Positions 21,334 through 32,697 of a stretch of 32,697 nucleotides of DNA are shown here, piece after piece. Both the position numbers and the translations under genes were made by a program. Source of the stretch: Trichinella spiralis (lineage: Eukaryota); assembly GCF_000181795.1 (NCBI RefSeq), contig NW_003526941.1, forward strand, positions 1,786,346-1,819,042, read 5' to 3'. Position 1 is the first letter of the stretch; each line of letters opens with the position of its first letter. Below the pieces are notes generated by a model. It was not told where the DNA came from, ran no database searches, and saw nothing but the letters and a program-made list of their open reading frames with translations.

Positions 21334-24300
21334 GGCAACAAACAACAAGCCGTGCCTTTTTTTCGCCTAGAAGCGTCGGTCGGCTAAACAACAACTTCTT
21401 CGGCTGGCTTCATCTGCTTTGAAAATGCTTTACTAACCTCTGTCTGTCTCTTCTTCTTTATTATTATTATTATTCTTCTTCTTCTTCCTTACTCTCAGAC
21501 GTCTGGTAAAAGTTAAAATAAATTATCATCATTTTTTTCTTGAATACTAACATTAATTCAATGTTATCCGTTCGTTAATAAATTGCTTAACACTTTTTCA
21601 CTCGACATTGTTCAACTGACCAAAACCCAACATAATTTTGTCACTGAATCAAATGCAAACAAAGCATTTAGTTGTTCGGCAAGCAGTTGCTCCTCCCTGC
21701 CGCTTTCGTCGACCAGAAACTGGCACAGCTATTATTACAGGAACACTCTCAGATCCGGTAAAAAGCAGCCAAAAGCATGATTTATACGACACGTTGCCTA
21801 GACAACATCAAATCCAGTCCAGAAAAAAAAGAAACAAAAGCAAACAACTGAGCTCGTAATTTGAAATTTTAAACTCGTGTTAAAATGTGTGCGCGTTAAA
21901 AAAACCAATACCACTATGAAGATAGATTGATGAGAACAGAACGACAATAACGCTCTTCTAATCCGGTACTTGTCCGAGGCGAAGAGTAAAAAAATTAATA
22001 AAATAATCAAAAACAAAATTGAATAATTCACCAGCTTACAAAATACAATAAGCCAGATGACGGAAGGGACGCCTGAACAAGCAGAAGTGACGTCGACGTT
22101 GTGGTCGAAGATGACGCGCCGCCAACTAACTAGATCGATTCCAATCAATTACGTGCAAACTGCAGATGCGTCATTTTTGGCGGCGAATCTGCCCAGCGCA
22201 TGCTGCCGGTGTATAATTGGCGTCTTGTCGGTTTCAATTGTTCAGTTTTTATTTCAAACGCTTCAATATCGCCGACGCTGCCTACTCTTTCCTACTGTAC
22301 CTGTTGGAACAACAACAATTGTTCCAACTCAATGCGAACACGACACTTTTTGAAAAGAAGAGAAAAAAATGACAAGAAAACAAAACAAAACTAGCCAACG
22401 TGCAAGCTTGCCCCGTCACCACTAACGAACATTTCGATCATATGAAGCGTAATAACTATGTTCCAACGGGAAACTCAACACTAACGTAAAAAACATAAAA
22501 TACAAAATACACAATTCGAACCTGCTTATTCAACGACACCCGTTACAACAGAATCTACAGTATCCTCCGCCTATTGTTTGTCGAAGGACGACGGTTCGAC
22601 GGGGTCGAGCCGTGGTGAGGCGAGCAGAACAGCGGCCAACGCTGCTGAATGACCGTGGTAAAATGAAAACCACTGTCGGCGGCTAGCGAACATTTCCACC
22701 CAGCCGCTTGGAACAATTCGTTGTCGACTAACAATTGTGGGTATTTTTTTTGGAAACAGACAAGGATGACCACGTTTCGCGGTCAATAGGCGAACAACTG
22801 TCAAGTAGTGGTGAAAACAGAATCACCGTGGTCCAGGGGCACGTAGCTTATTTGCAGCCAATTTTGCCAAACAACCAGTATATTAATCCCCACTTTTACG
22901 CTACTTTCTTTTTAAATTTTAACAATAAAATTTTAATTCTATTCCTTTTGAAACGGTCCAAATTCAAAATGCATTTATCATCTATTCTCTATTTTATTCT
23001 GATTGTGATATTAAATTTCAAATGCGTCAGAAGTTCCACAAACGGGGCTCACGTGTTAAGTTAATTGTTGTTCGTTATATAACGTTGCTTACCAAAAATA
23101 ATAATAATATCACTGATTCATGTTAACACGCAGCAGCTGTACGTCCAGTATTGAACGAGAGCGTTCCAAATAGATTAAGCTCGGTGGAGTGAAGATCAGC
23201 TGAGCGATACGGCCAAAACACCAAACAGCCCATTCACTGTGTCGGATTGTTCTCGATGATTGTCATGCCAAATGGATATACGTCGAACACGAAAAGCCAA
23301 CTGTCATCAGTATCAACGTGTCATTATTTACCATTGATTCTTTGCAAAGAAATTATTTCATCTTGATCATCATTTTTTACAGTAATTTTTTGTAATTAAT
23401 GTTTTTAATTTCAACTGTGAAACATGTAAAAGAAAGTTTTTCAGATTTTATAAATTTTAAATTATATTTTCAAATTATTTTTACTGATTTTCGAAATTCA
23501 TTTTGCTTCATTTTTTGTCGTAATTCTTAATGGAATTGTTTGATTACCGAAGCGTGCATATGAACGCGTTGGTGCGTAATATGCGATGTTTTTTGTTTCA
23601 GTGGAAACCATTGAAAATGGTTCCAAATGTAGACGCTATATGAACATTTTCACATTTATTACTTTTCCCGTCCCATGATGATGATGGGTCGGGTCTGTGA
23701 GTTGAGGGCGATCCTACTGAAAATGATGGTAAGAGCATTTTGTGAAATATTAAACATATTTATGCGTCAACTTTGACATTTACAGCATGTTGATTGATTT
23801 ATTTGACAACGTTCGGAAATCGACTTAAGTTCAGCTGTCCATAAGAATTTTCCTTTGTCACTAGTGACGACGAAGACCAAGCAATTTTTGACTAACCAGT
23901 GGAAATGAAATTTTCTTAAAATTTTCAATTTTGCGTTTGTTAACTGTAAAAAAGCATTATTTGCCTTCTATGTACGGAGGCGTAATTGTTACTTTGCAAC
24001 GTTTATGTATCTGAGTGAATGCAGTTCTGTTATTTTCATAAAAAAACAATCAGTTGAATGAAAAATAAATTTTAAATTCAACTTTTGCCAAATGTGCAAG
24101 CGTTTTATAAATATTTTCACTTATATAAATGTGATCAATGGAAAAAGCATGCCGTTCAGATAGTTGTGAGAATTGAACTCCAAAACTGTTTTCACTTTTG
24201 ATTTGCATTTTATTCATAAGCTGATCAAAATGTTGTTTAGAGCTGATGATTTTCGGTTATTGAGTTTAACGGAACGTATTTGTGATTCTGATCAATTTTG

Positions 24301-24942
24301 AGCGAATGGCAATTGAACACGAATTCCATTCATGATGGTGGTTATACATTTTTAATTTGAGTTTTGCATTACGATAAAAGCTGAATAAAATATGATGTTT
24401 TATATTTTTTTCTGTGATGTTAATATCCTGAAACACTTGCATAATTAATTTAGAAAATTTAATAAAGTACCTAAAGATCAATGCTGACAGTATGTATATA
24501 TATATGTGTGTGTGTTACATGTCTCATATATGGTTTCTGCAAAGTAACCATTTGCGACAGCAGTTGTATGTTTCTTCATCTCAACGAACGGTGATTTTGA
24601 AATTTTATTATTTGAAGCATTTTTGAAAATTACTTTGACTTTTCACTATTTTTTGCCTAATTTTAAAGTTTCAGCAGGTTTTTTTTCTGTTGAAAAATAT
24701 TATCATAATGAGTCTTTAATTGTTTCAGAGATCTGTAATAAAAAATGAGTGAGAAAATAGCTCGATCTTATCCAAGCTTCGTTTCAGTTGATTGATTTTA
24801 ATATTTGAAAATACTGTACCAATTATTTATTTAGTTGCAGAATAGTAGGAAGGAATTTTGTAAATTGAAGTTTGATTGAGAAAAATTATGCTTCAGGTAT
24901 CAGTTGATTCTTGGACTTGGTGAACCTGAAAGCAGATGAGAA

Positions 24943-26625
24943 ATGGAATTTGGGTAATCAAGTTTGTGCGTTGAAAATTCATTTCACAATTAATTGAATG
25001 CTCTCTCAGAACTGGCGTGTTGGTTGGTATTGGTAACCCGCTTTTAGACTTGGAAGCTGACGTACCGCCTGAGTTCTTGAAAAAGTGAGTTGTTTCATTT
25101 ATCATTGCTTTCTTATCATAATTTGTGCAGAGTATAAAGCGATGCTTAATTATATATAGTGCAAGGCTATGAAGGCGTATGTAATTGTATAGATTAATTC
25201 GATTTATGATAACTTGAATAATTAATTGACTTTTGACGGATGAAGTGAAATTTGCAATTTTGCATTGTGATTTATTTTTAGATGGAAATTGAAAGAAGAC
25301 GATGCTGTTCTATGCAATGACAAACTGATTCCAATGTGAGTAATTGTTCATCAGATATTGTCAATTATGTTCTTTCTTTTCAAGGTTTTTTGATTTGGTA
25401 GATAACTACAAAGTTCAGTTTATTGCCGGTGGCTCAACACAAAATTCTTTGCGTGTTGCGCAAGTATTTTTTTTTATTTCAATAATTTTCTATATTTTTG
25501 TTGATGTGATATGAATAATTTGTTTTTCAAAATTTGCTTCAGTGGATGATTGGCAAGCCGCACAGTGTTACATATTTTGGCTGTATTGGAGGAGATCATT
25601 TTGGTCATGTTCTGCGTGTGAAAGCCGAAGAAGTTGGCATGAATGCTATCTATCAAATTCGTCCAAAAGAAAAAACAGGAACTTGCGCAACATGCATTGT
25701 TGGCCAGTCACGGTAATTTATTATCATTTTCATGTATTTTTTTAATTTAAGAATATTTCTGTCATACATTTGGTATTTTGATTTGAAATTTGCAGTTCTT
25801 TGTGTGCTCACCTGGCCGCAGCCAATCTCTTCTCCGTCGACTATTTGGAATTGCAAGAAAATTGGAAATTGATTGAAAAAGCGCGATACTTTTACGTTGC
25901 TGTAAAAAATATTTAACAGTGGAACTTGAAAATCTATAAAGCCAATGCATTTCTTTTTTCCTTTTTTTGCAAGGGTTTCTTCATGTCGTCATGTTTGCCG
26001 GCAATTTATAAAATTGCAGAACATGCGGACAATGCAAGCAAATATTTCATGATGAATTTATCGGCGACGTTTATTTGTTCCACGATGAAAGAGCACTTTG
26101 TACGTTTGTTCCCGTACATTGATGTTCTGTTTGGCAACGAAAAGGTGCGATTTTTTTTTCTCTGTGTAAGCTGTTGTTGTTGTAATTGCCAAATTTGTAG
26201 GAAGCTTTCGAAATTGCCAAAGCGCTCGGCTTTGAAAGCCAGTGTTTGAAAGAGATTGTCATTTGTATTGCGAACATTGAGAAAGCATCCAATCGTAGTC
26301 GACTGGTGGTTGTAACGCAAGGACCGAAGCCGGTGATAATATCCGATGGTATGTGCTTTATTTTTTAATTTTAATTCTTTTATTACAAAAGAAGCTGCTC
26401 GCTTCAGGGAGCATGTTCCAAACGTATCCGGTGCCGCAGCTAGCCGACGAACGTATCGTCGATACGAGCGGCACTGGTGATGCGTTTGTCGGAGGATTCT
26501 TGTCACAGTTCATTGCTGAAAGAAGCATCGAAGAATGCGTTGGTGCGGGCATCTGGGCATCGCAGGTTATTTTGCAACGTTCCGGATGTTCGTTGCCTGA
26601 TTTGTGCGATTATCGCGTTTTATAA
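24943..26625 (+). CDS. ADK: Adenosine kinase (PfkB/ribokinase family), 9 exons
   Basis: Exons 24943-24953, 25010-25084, 25282-25335, 25385-25463, 25543-25712, 25796-25901, 25974-26144, 26201-26348 and 26408-26625. Motifs: GIGNPLLD, AGGSTQNSLRVAQW, TGTCA, RSLCAHLAAAN, MNLSATF, LFGNEKEA, VVVTQG and IVDTSGTGDAFVGGFLSQ. Confidence 0.96.
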
Positions 26626-26729
26626 TAATTATTTTGGATGGACGTTTTCTTTTCACTCTTTGATGAGTGAGCTATTTGAGCCAATTTTTAATTTCATCAG
26701 GGAACCTGTTGGGCAGTTGGTGGCAGATT

Positions 26730-26758
26730 AGTAGTAGCAGTAGTAGTAGTAGTAGTAG
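26730..26758. repeat. Imperfect (AGT)n microsatellite downstream of ADK
   Basis: GTAGTAGCAGTAGTAGTAGTAGTAGTAG. Confidence 0.85.
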
Positions 26759-27486
26759 CATTCCATTGAACAGTTGTAATTATTAACTATTAGTAACAGT
26801 TGATGTAAGGTTTTTTTCGGCTGAAAAATTTTAGTAAAATTTTTTTGGTTAATTTGCTTGCTGCAGGACGATGGTAAACAAGCTGGTCGAGTTGTGTAGA
26901 GAAGAAATCACATGAGCTGGAGTCGGGCGTGTGTGATTGTGAGTTGATTAGCCACTTCGACTCAGGAAGCTGGCAATTGAAGCGACTGGAGGCGTTGATT
27001 ATGTCGAGAATGATGCGTTTAAATGGCCAATCATGGATGCCGTCCTCTGGCCGGTGAAAAGTCAATGTCAGAATTGTCGGTGTCTAATTGATCCACCGAA
27101 CATGGATGAAACCAACCGCAGTGGACCAACCGTATGCGTTCATTCTGATTATCGCATCTCGTCGCGTGACTGACCCGTGGCGAAGCTCTGCCCCCCCCCC
27201 TTTTCTCCCTCTCTCTGCCTATCCTATCTCGTCCGCCGGGTTGCTTGGTTGATACACTTGCTTTTCGCATTCTTTGACTCTCTGATCGACCGACCCATTG
27301 GTGGCGCTTATTTCCACTGCTGTGCTTGTCTTGAAAGTGGATTTGACTGAGTGAGTGAGCGATGCACAGCAGCCGTTGGCGCTGATTTGGTCGTATGAAC
27401 CAGAGCTTCAACTCAGCTTTTAACTTTACGCTCATGATAAGCAGCTTTTCAGCTTTGATCGCTGATAATTCGATTTACAAAATTCG

Positions 27487-29507
27487 ATGATGAATATTTG
27501 GCCAGTGGTTGAGTTGGACTTGATCTGTATACCGAAAACTGCACTGCTAATTGTGATACTTTCATTCAGTGGCTGCTTGCTCGAAGGTAAAAAACTATTT
27601 TTTTTTCTTTATCATCATCATCGTCATTATTATTATTAAAACTGATAATAGTTTTTACAAATTATATGTTATATAGGTTTGTATTTGCATGGATATTTTA
27701 TTTAAGAGGTGTATGTTAAATTTGAAAAATGTCTTCATTAAGAATAAAAATGAGGTTGTCAGCTGGATCAGACGGACGAAAGTCATTTTTCTGAACCAGT
27801 GCATTGTTGCAATGTTTAATTATTGCAATTAGTGGAAAGATTTTAACTCAGATTTGTCGTGAAAATTAACTTTTACTGATTATTTATTTACAATTTGAAA
27901 GGCGTGTTCAAATTATTTATTCAAATATTATTGAACCTACCAACGACAACAGTATTGTTTGCTATTTTTGATGTGAAGAAGGCGAGAGATGCTGTTGAAT
28001 AAGTTTGAAAATCTCACACGGGTGGTGGTTGTTTTTCATTTTGAAATTTAAGCGATTTTTGATTTTTATTTTCTGTCATTTGAATCTCGCTTTATGACAA
28101 TCTTTTGCTATCCGTCTGACATTGACAAATTTCCATGCAAGTCGGTTAATTATTTAATTGCGCACAGCTGCAGTAGCTGTTGTTATTGCTGGTGGTGGTG
28201 GTGGTGGTAATGGTAATGATTAGCTTGCTTGCCGTATGATTAATCCACTGCCAGCCAGATGTTCCCACGCACAAACCAAAACTGTCCATGTAAGTGAAAT
28301 GTTGCGTTTTTATTCCACAATTGAGGATGTGATCAGTCGGTTGACATGATCAACCGGCGACATCAGATTTTCTTCGTAATGCTTCTTCCAAAAATTTCAA
28401 AACAAGCCAACTTTCTAGCAGCAGCAGAAGAAGTTCATTGTGCAAAGGGGGATTTGGTGGAACTTGTCGTCTGGTGGTCAAAGTTCGTTCGACAAGACAG
28501 CAGTTGAAGCTTGGCACCAAATCCCAAGCTGACCAAATTTGAGAACATTGCTTAATTCATTCAGCATTTCAGTCAATTTTGTCAAAAAACGATGATCAAT
28601 TTTCCGACTTTTTACTGCAACAGATTTCCAACATCGTCCAATTATTTATTCAATATGGATATTTTATTGGCAGTATTTTGAAATGAAAAGAGTTGATTTA
28701 ATTTGATCATTGAGAATCTCTCAACTGACGTATTTCACACATTGACGTTCTGGGTATAATTTTGTGTCGAGATTCGCAGATTTTTGTTTTTATCAAATTC
28801 ACAATTGAATGTTTTGAACTTTTTCCAACTGGATCAACGTTCTGATCAAAAAAAGTTGAGTTGAATTAAATTTGAAATTATTTCAGCGGAGAAATTTATC
28901 ACCTGCTATTGTAATAATCATGATAAATGTGAAAACGGTCGGTGTCGTGATGAATCCTGTCTAGTTGGAATTGATAGGAGTGGTAAAAAATGGATTGAAT
29001 TTTAAAAATGAAATTTATGAACTACAAATTTCCCATATTCCAGGAAAAGTGGTTCGAACTTGCTACTCGCTTCAGCCTGCTGAATTGTTGTTGTCCAAAT
29101 GTTCACGGTGGTCAGGAAACTGGCACGAAGTGTGCTCGTGTCGTTACAAGCATTATTGTAATTCGTTTGCCCATTTTCGGCGTCTGTTTCGAACATCCGC
29201 CCTTGGAGTTGTGCACGGCGACCAGCAGGAAATCCGTGGCGATTCCGATCGCGTTCTTCAAGTCTCCACGCTCTATTCACCACCGGCAGAAGTGGAACTT
29301 GACGATTTTTCACTACAGTCAGTTCAACAGCCCATGGGCAGGGTACCGCTGCCGGCTGCCTACGTCAAGCAGTTGAACAGCAAAAAAGTGACCACCTCAG
29401 GACAGTACACTGCGGCCACGCTGTGCTTTGTTTTCATTTTGATCATGGTACCAGCCCTGGTTGCCGGTGCCCTTTTGTGGTTTGTCTGTTATTCTTACTG
29501 TAATTAG
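27487..29507 (+). CDS. Single-pass membrane protein with a 10-Cys activin/TGF-beta type I receptor-like (three-finger) ectodomain and no kinase domain
   Basis: Exons 27487-27586 (hydrophobic signal-like ALLIVILSFSGCLLE), 28887-28982 (ITCYCNNHDKCENGRCRDESCLVG) and 29044-29507 (VRTCY...KCSRW...VCSCRYKHYCN, a spacer, TM ATLCFVFILIMVPALVAGALLWFVC, then a stop 5 residues later). All splice phases are compatible (phase 1). Confidence 0.75.
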
Positions 29508-30439
29508 TCGCTAACAATGATGAAAAATTGTCGTCTCTTTTTCCAACGCGCGGTTTATGAATATGCAAAAAAGCATTCTTTTTTATCTTTTTCATGCATA
29601 ATTTATTTTACGTGACGCAACAGAACCTCCCTTCTCTCTTAATCTCTCTCTTTCCGTGTGTGAGTGTGCTAATAAATAAAACATTATCCAACGGTAGTGT
29701 TGATGAGAAAACCAATGAAAACTAATGCTAATATGCATAACATGCTGTAAAATAATAACTTTTATGCTTCAGTTTAGTAGTTTGGAAAACGAAGCATAAA
29801 TTTGAATAATTTCTGCAATTTAATCAGTACAATCGGTCGTCCACAGTTTATCATATCAATGTCAAATAAGCACCGACGATTGTGGCGCACGAACGATTGA
29901 CCGTTGGGCGATCAACTGACTAAACCATATAGCTGACATTTGCATCGTCGGTTATCGCTTGTGGCACTCACTGACTAGTGCACTTTGCAACGCCTGAGAC
30001 AGAAGCAACAAGTATGCGAATTTTCTTTCATCCTTTTCCCGTTAAAGGAAGTTTCTGTTTTTCGTTCTGCAAAATATTCAAAATTTCAGGTTTGGCAGTC
30101 TTTGAACTTCGAGGTTGAAAATTATTTCATTAAGGTAAAAGTTTTATTGTTTTCACAATACTTTTTTACACGCCAGATTTCACCTCTTATTTCACGACGC
30201 ACAATTCAAATTAATGATAAGTTTCATAATTTGAATATTAATTTTTTTTTTATTTTTTTTGAAAATAAGATGATTTTGTTTAAATTTCAAAAACGAAGCG
30301 TAATGTAGACGTTTTTTTCGTCAATATTATTAATTTTAATTTTTCCTTTTTTGTTGAAACATTTTCAGTTATGATTGGCGTTAAATTTCAAGTGAAAAGT
30401 TTTCTTTTGAGCCAAACAAAGCAAAAAATGTATTTATTC

Positions 30440-32353
30440 ATAGTCGGTGAAACGCAGTGAAACGTTGACTGGCCTTTGTAGTTATTTATAGCGAGTAGCA
30501 TCAACTGAGCGAGCGTCACTTTACTCGGAAACCAACCAGACTTGCTTTTATTTTCATGGGCATTGTTTGTCTATTATGCAAATTTAGTAGTCCGAAACTT
30601 GTCGCATCATTAGCGGTAGTCTGATTGGACTTTGTCGCACTTTGTCCGTTCTATTTTTATTAATCGAATTAATTAACTTCGTGCATTCACATTTAATTCA
30701 CACACGTCTCTTTTCTAAAATACGTATTCAGTTTGGATTTGTAATTTCAGATTGCTTTTCAAAATTTTCATTTTCATTGTACAATAATTTAAATAATCAA
30801 TTTTATTAAATATTTTTTGAGATTTTTTCAAATCTTTATTTATGATTGATTTTAACAATTCATTAGCACATTTGAAGATGGACAACTGAAAACAGATACA
30901 TTAATACAAAAAGGAGCATCTGCTGCTTTTGTAAGACATCGAACTGTGTAAGTTTCATTCAAGACAGTAAATTTATTTCACTTCACGATACAACTACTGG
31001 GCTAAAATTTCACCTGAGCAAACTTCAGCTTTATTCCAATAAAATGAACAAATAAGATTTTCAATTTTTCGTTTATGAAAAATTTGTTAAATTTTATTCT
31101 ATTGAATGGTTGTTATTCTCATTTGTAAGATATGTTATTTCAATATTATTTCAAAGAAAAATGCCACCATATATAATATGCGTTGTCACATAGCAGTGCA
31201 TTTGAGCAAAACTACAAATATGTCAAAAATGTGAAGCAGATGGGTTTTTTTAAATGAGCATTTAATATCGATAAAGGAGGAAAATGCAAATATGAATAAA
31301 CAACAACATTGCTGAGTGCTTAAGTACAATATTAAACTACAGTTAACGTTTCTAAAAATGTATACCTCTTTGATGAGAATAATTTCAAATTGTTATTGAC
31401 AATATCCACTTCTTCATTATTAGTGATTATTTGTTTATTTGATTACTTTATTATTATTTATCATCATACGGTAGATTGCACTATCAAATGTTTTGATTTT
31501 TCGACATTTCACAATTACACATGACTTTATGATATTTCAAATTCCTTTCGTTTTACATATCTTTCAACTATTCAGCAATTACGTGAAATTTATTTCAAAT
31601 GCCTGTTTACAACACACAGATGAAAGCACGGAAGCAACTTTCAGGGCGCTATTATTGTTGATGAGGTTTGCCAACAGCAGCTTTATGAGTGTCCTTTGCA
31701 GTACTAAGTTTTATTATAGAAAATATTTCATATACAATATACAATATTTATAAAAATATATAATATTTTCATAAAAATTTTAATATACAATAACATTGTT
31801 AAACATTTTAAGAGTTATAATCCATGTTGAAATAATTTCAGAATTATTTCCCAGTTTATTAAAAATTCAGTTTTTTCTGAGCTTTGAACAATCTGCAGTG
31901 ATTTCGATCCCATAATTTCAAAATCTGTTAAATGCTACAAAATTTTATTACTTTTCGATATATTTGTCATTTTGTTCCGTTGAACATAAATGATGTTGAA
32001 ATGAAACGTGTATTTTTAATCAGTATAGTGTAGATTATTTGTAACAGTCTGTTACATATATTGTATTCTTTTGCCGTTTGCCATTTTCAGAATGGAACAT
32101 TTCAGAATCTCAATATCTGGTAACATAACCTGTGTACGCTATTTTGGTGGCGGTTGCTTTGTTTTTGATAAAAGGGCAAACATTCCTTCTTAGACACAGA
32201 TACAAAACATACAGAAAACATAATATTTTATTATTAATTAAGAAAATACTTTTCTATTGTCTTGTGCGCAGCTCTTGCTATACATTTTTACGCACAAGCT
32301 TTGATTATAGTATTTTCCATCTGAACTGTTTAAAATTTCGTCATGGCAACTGA
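30440..32353 (+). pseudogene. Possible degraded gene fragments leading into the right repeat arm
   Basis: Short, stop-interrupted hydrophobic fragments (LLLFSWALFVYYANLVVRN; EATFRALLLLMRF) and splice-like sites precede the duplicated YAILVAVALFLIKG segment. No coherent gene model was obtained. Confidence 0.15.
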
Positions 32354-32697
32354 AATAATTGTCGAAGTTGTTTCAGTGTGCTCCGCTAATATTACCAGCA
32401 AATGTTAAGTATATTGCAATTTTGGAAAGGGTTGATGCTTATTGTTTCACATTATTTACTGTAGACTAGGCTTGGTCGAATAATGCAAAGTGAAGGTTGC
32501 TTTTCAAATATGCTAATCAATGTTCTTCCATGCGTTACCGTTCTTATCAGTAACCGAGCTTTTGTTTGATTAGATGGGAATGACGATAGGTTACGATCAT
32601 TTAGTGAGTTTAATTAGATATAATTGCAGGCTAGCAGTGTACAGCAACTGAATATTATTTCGTTTCTCCTTCAAAGCACGGCGTGCATGCATGAAAG
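31996..32697. repeat. Right arm of long inverted repeat, truncated by the window end
   Basis: The window ends ...GCGTGCATGCATGAAAG, the reverse complement of CTTTCATGCATGCACGC at 339. The inner boundary TTGAAATGAAACGTG starts at 31996. Confidence 0.97.

Noticed and set aside
20662..21422. 186-aa and 168-aa plus-strand ORFs
   Set aside because: They are antisense to the GC-rich MARCH exon.
21430..24900. An additional gene between MARCH and ADK
   Set aside because: Only short ORFs without family motifs are present. The region is more likely divergent promoters and 5' UTR or alternative first exons. The small hairpin at ~23667-23693 is unremarkable.
26790..27435. Minus-strand 91-aa and 134-aa ORFs
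   Set aside because: They show no homology cues and include low-complexity C/CT tracts. The region is probably the promoter/5' UTR of the receptor-like gene.
1041..31995. Autonomous giant transposon (Maverick/Polinton, Mutator, CACTA) implied by the inverted repeats
   Set aside because: No transposase, integrase, protein-primed polymerase, ATPase or capsid coding was seen. The interior is ordinary spliced cellular genes, and the outer termini and TSD are not visible.
1..32697. CRISPR arrays, rRNA, tRNA and prokaryotic systems
   Set aside because: The sequence is intron-rich eukaryotic DNA. No repeat-spacer array or recognisable structural RNA signature was seen by eye.

Overview
AT-rich eukaryotic genomic DNA with short GT-AG introns and TTT(C/T)AG acceptors. 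The gene content and style point to a nematode, most like clade I (Trichinella); this assignment is inference. Eight spliced genes can be reconstructed by hand. Four are tightly packed on the minus strand: ZC3HC1/NIPA-like, MRPL35, ARMC7 and DDB1, in an operon-like arrangement. These are followed by a DOK7-like PH-PTB adaptor (+), UBE2H (+), a MARCH1/8-like RING-CH E3 (-), adenosine kinase (+) and a kinase-less, single-pass TGF-beta/activin type I receptor-like ectodomain protein (+). The main structural feature is a long, apparently identical inverted repeat (339..1040 versus 31996..32697, running off the right edge) that brackets the whole ~31 kb block, with no transposase inside. Also seen: a GC-AG intron in MRPL35, a (TG)n-preceded stop-containing candidate exon in UBE2H, and a microsatellite-dense central region. 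No rRNA, tRNA or CRISPR features were recognised.
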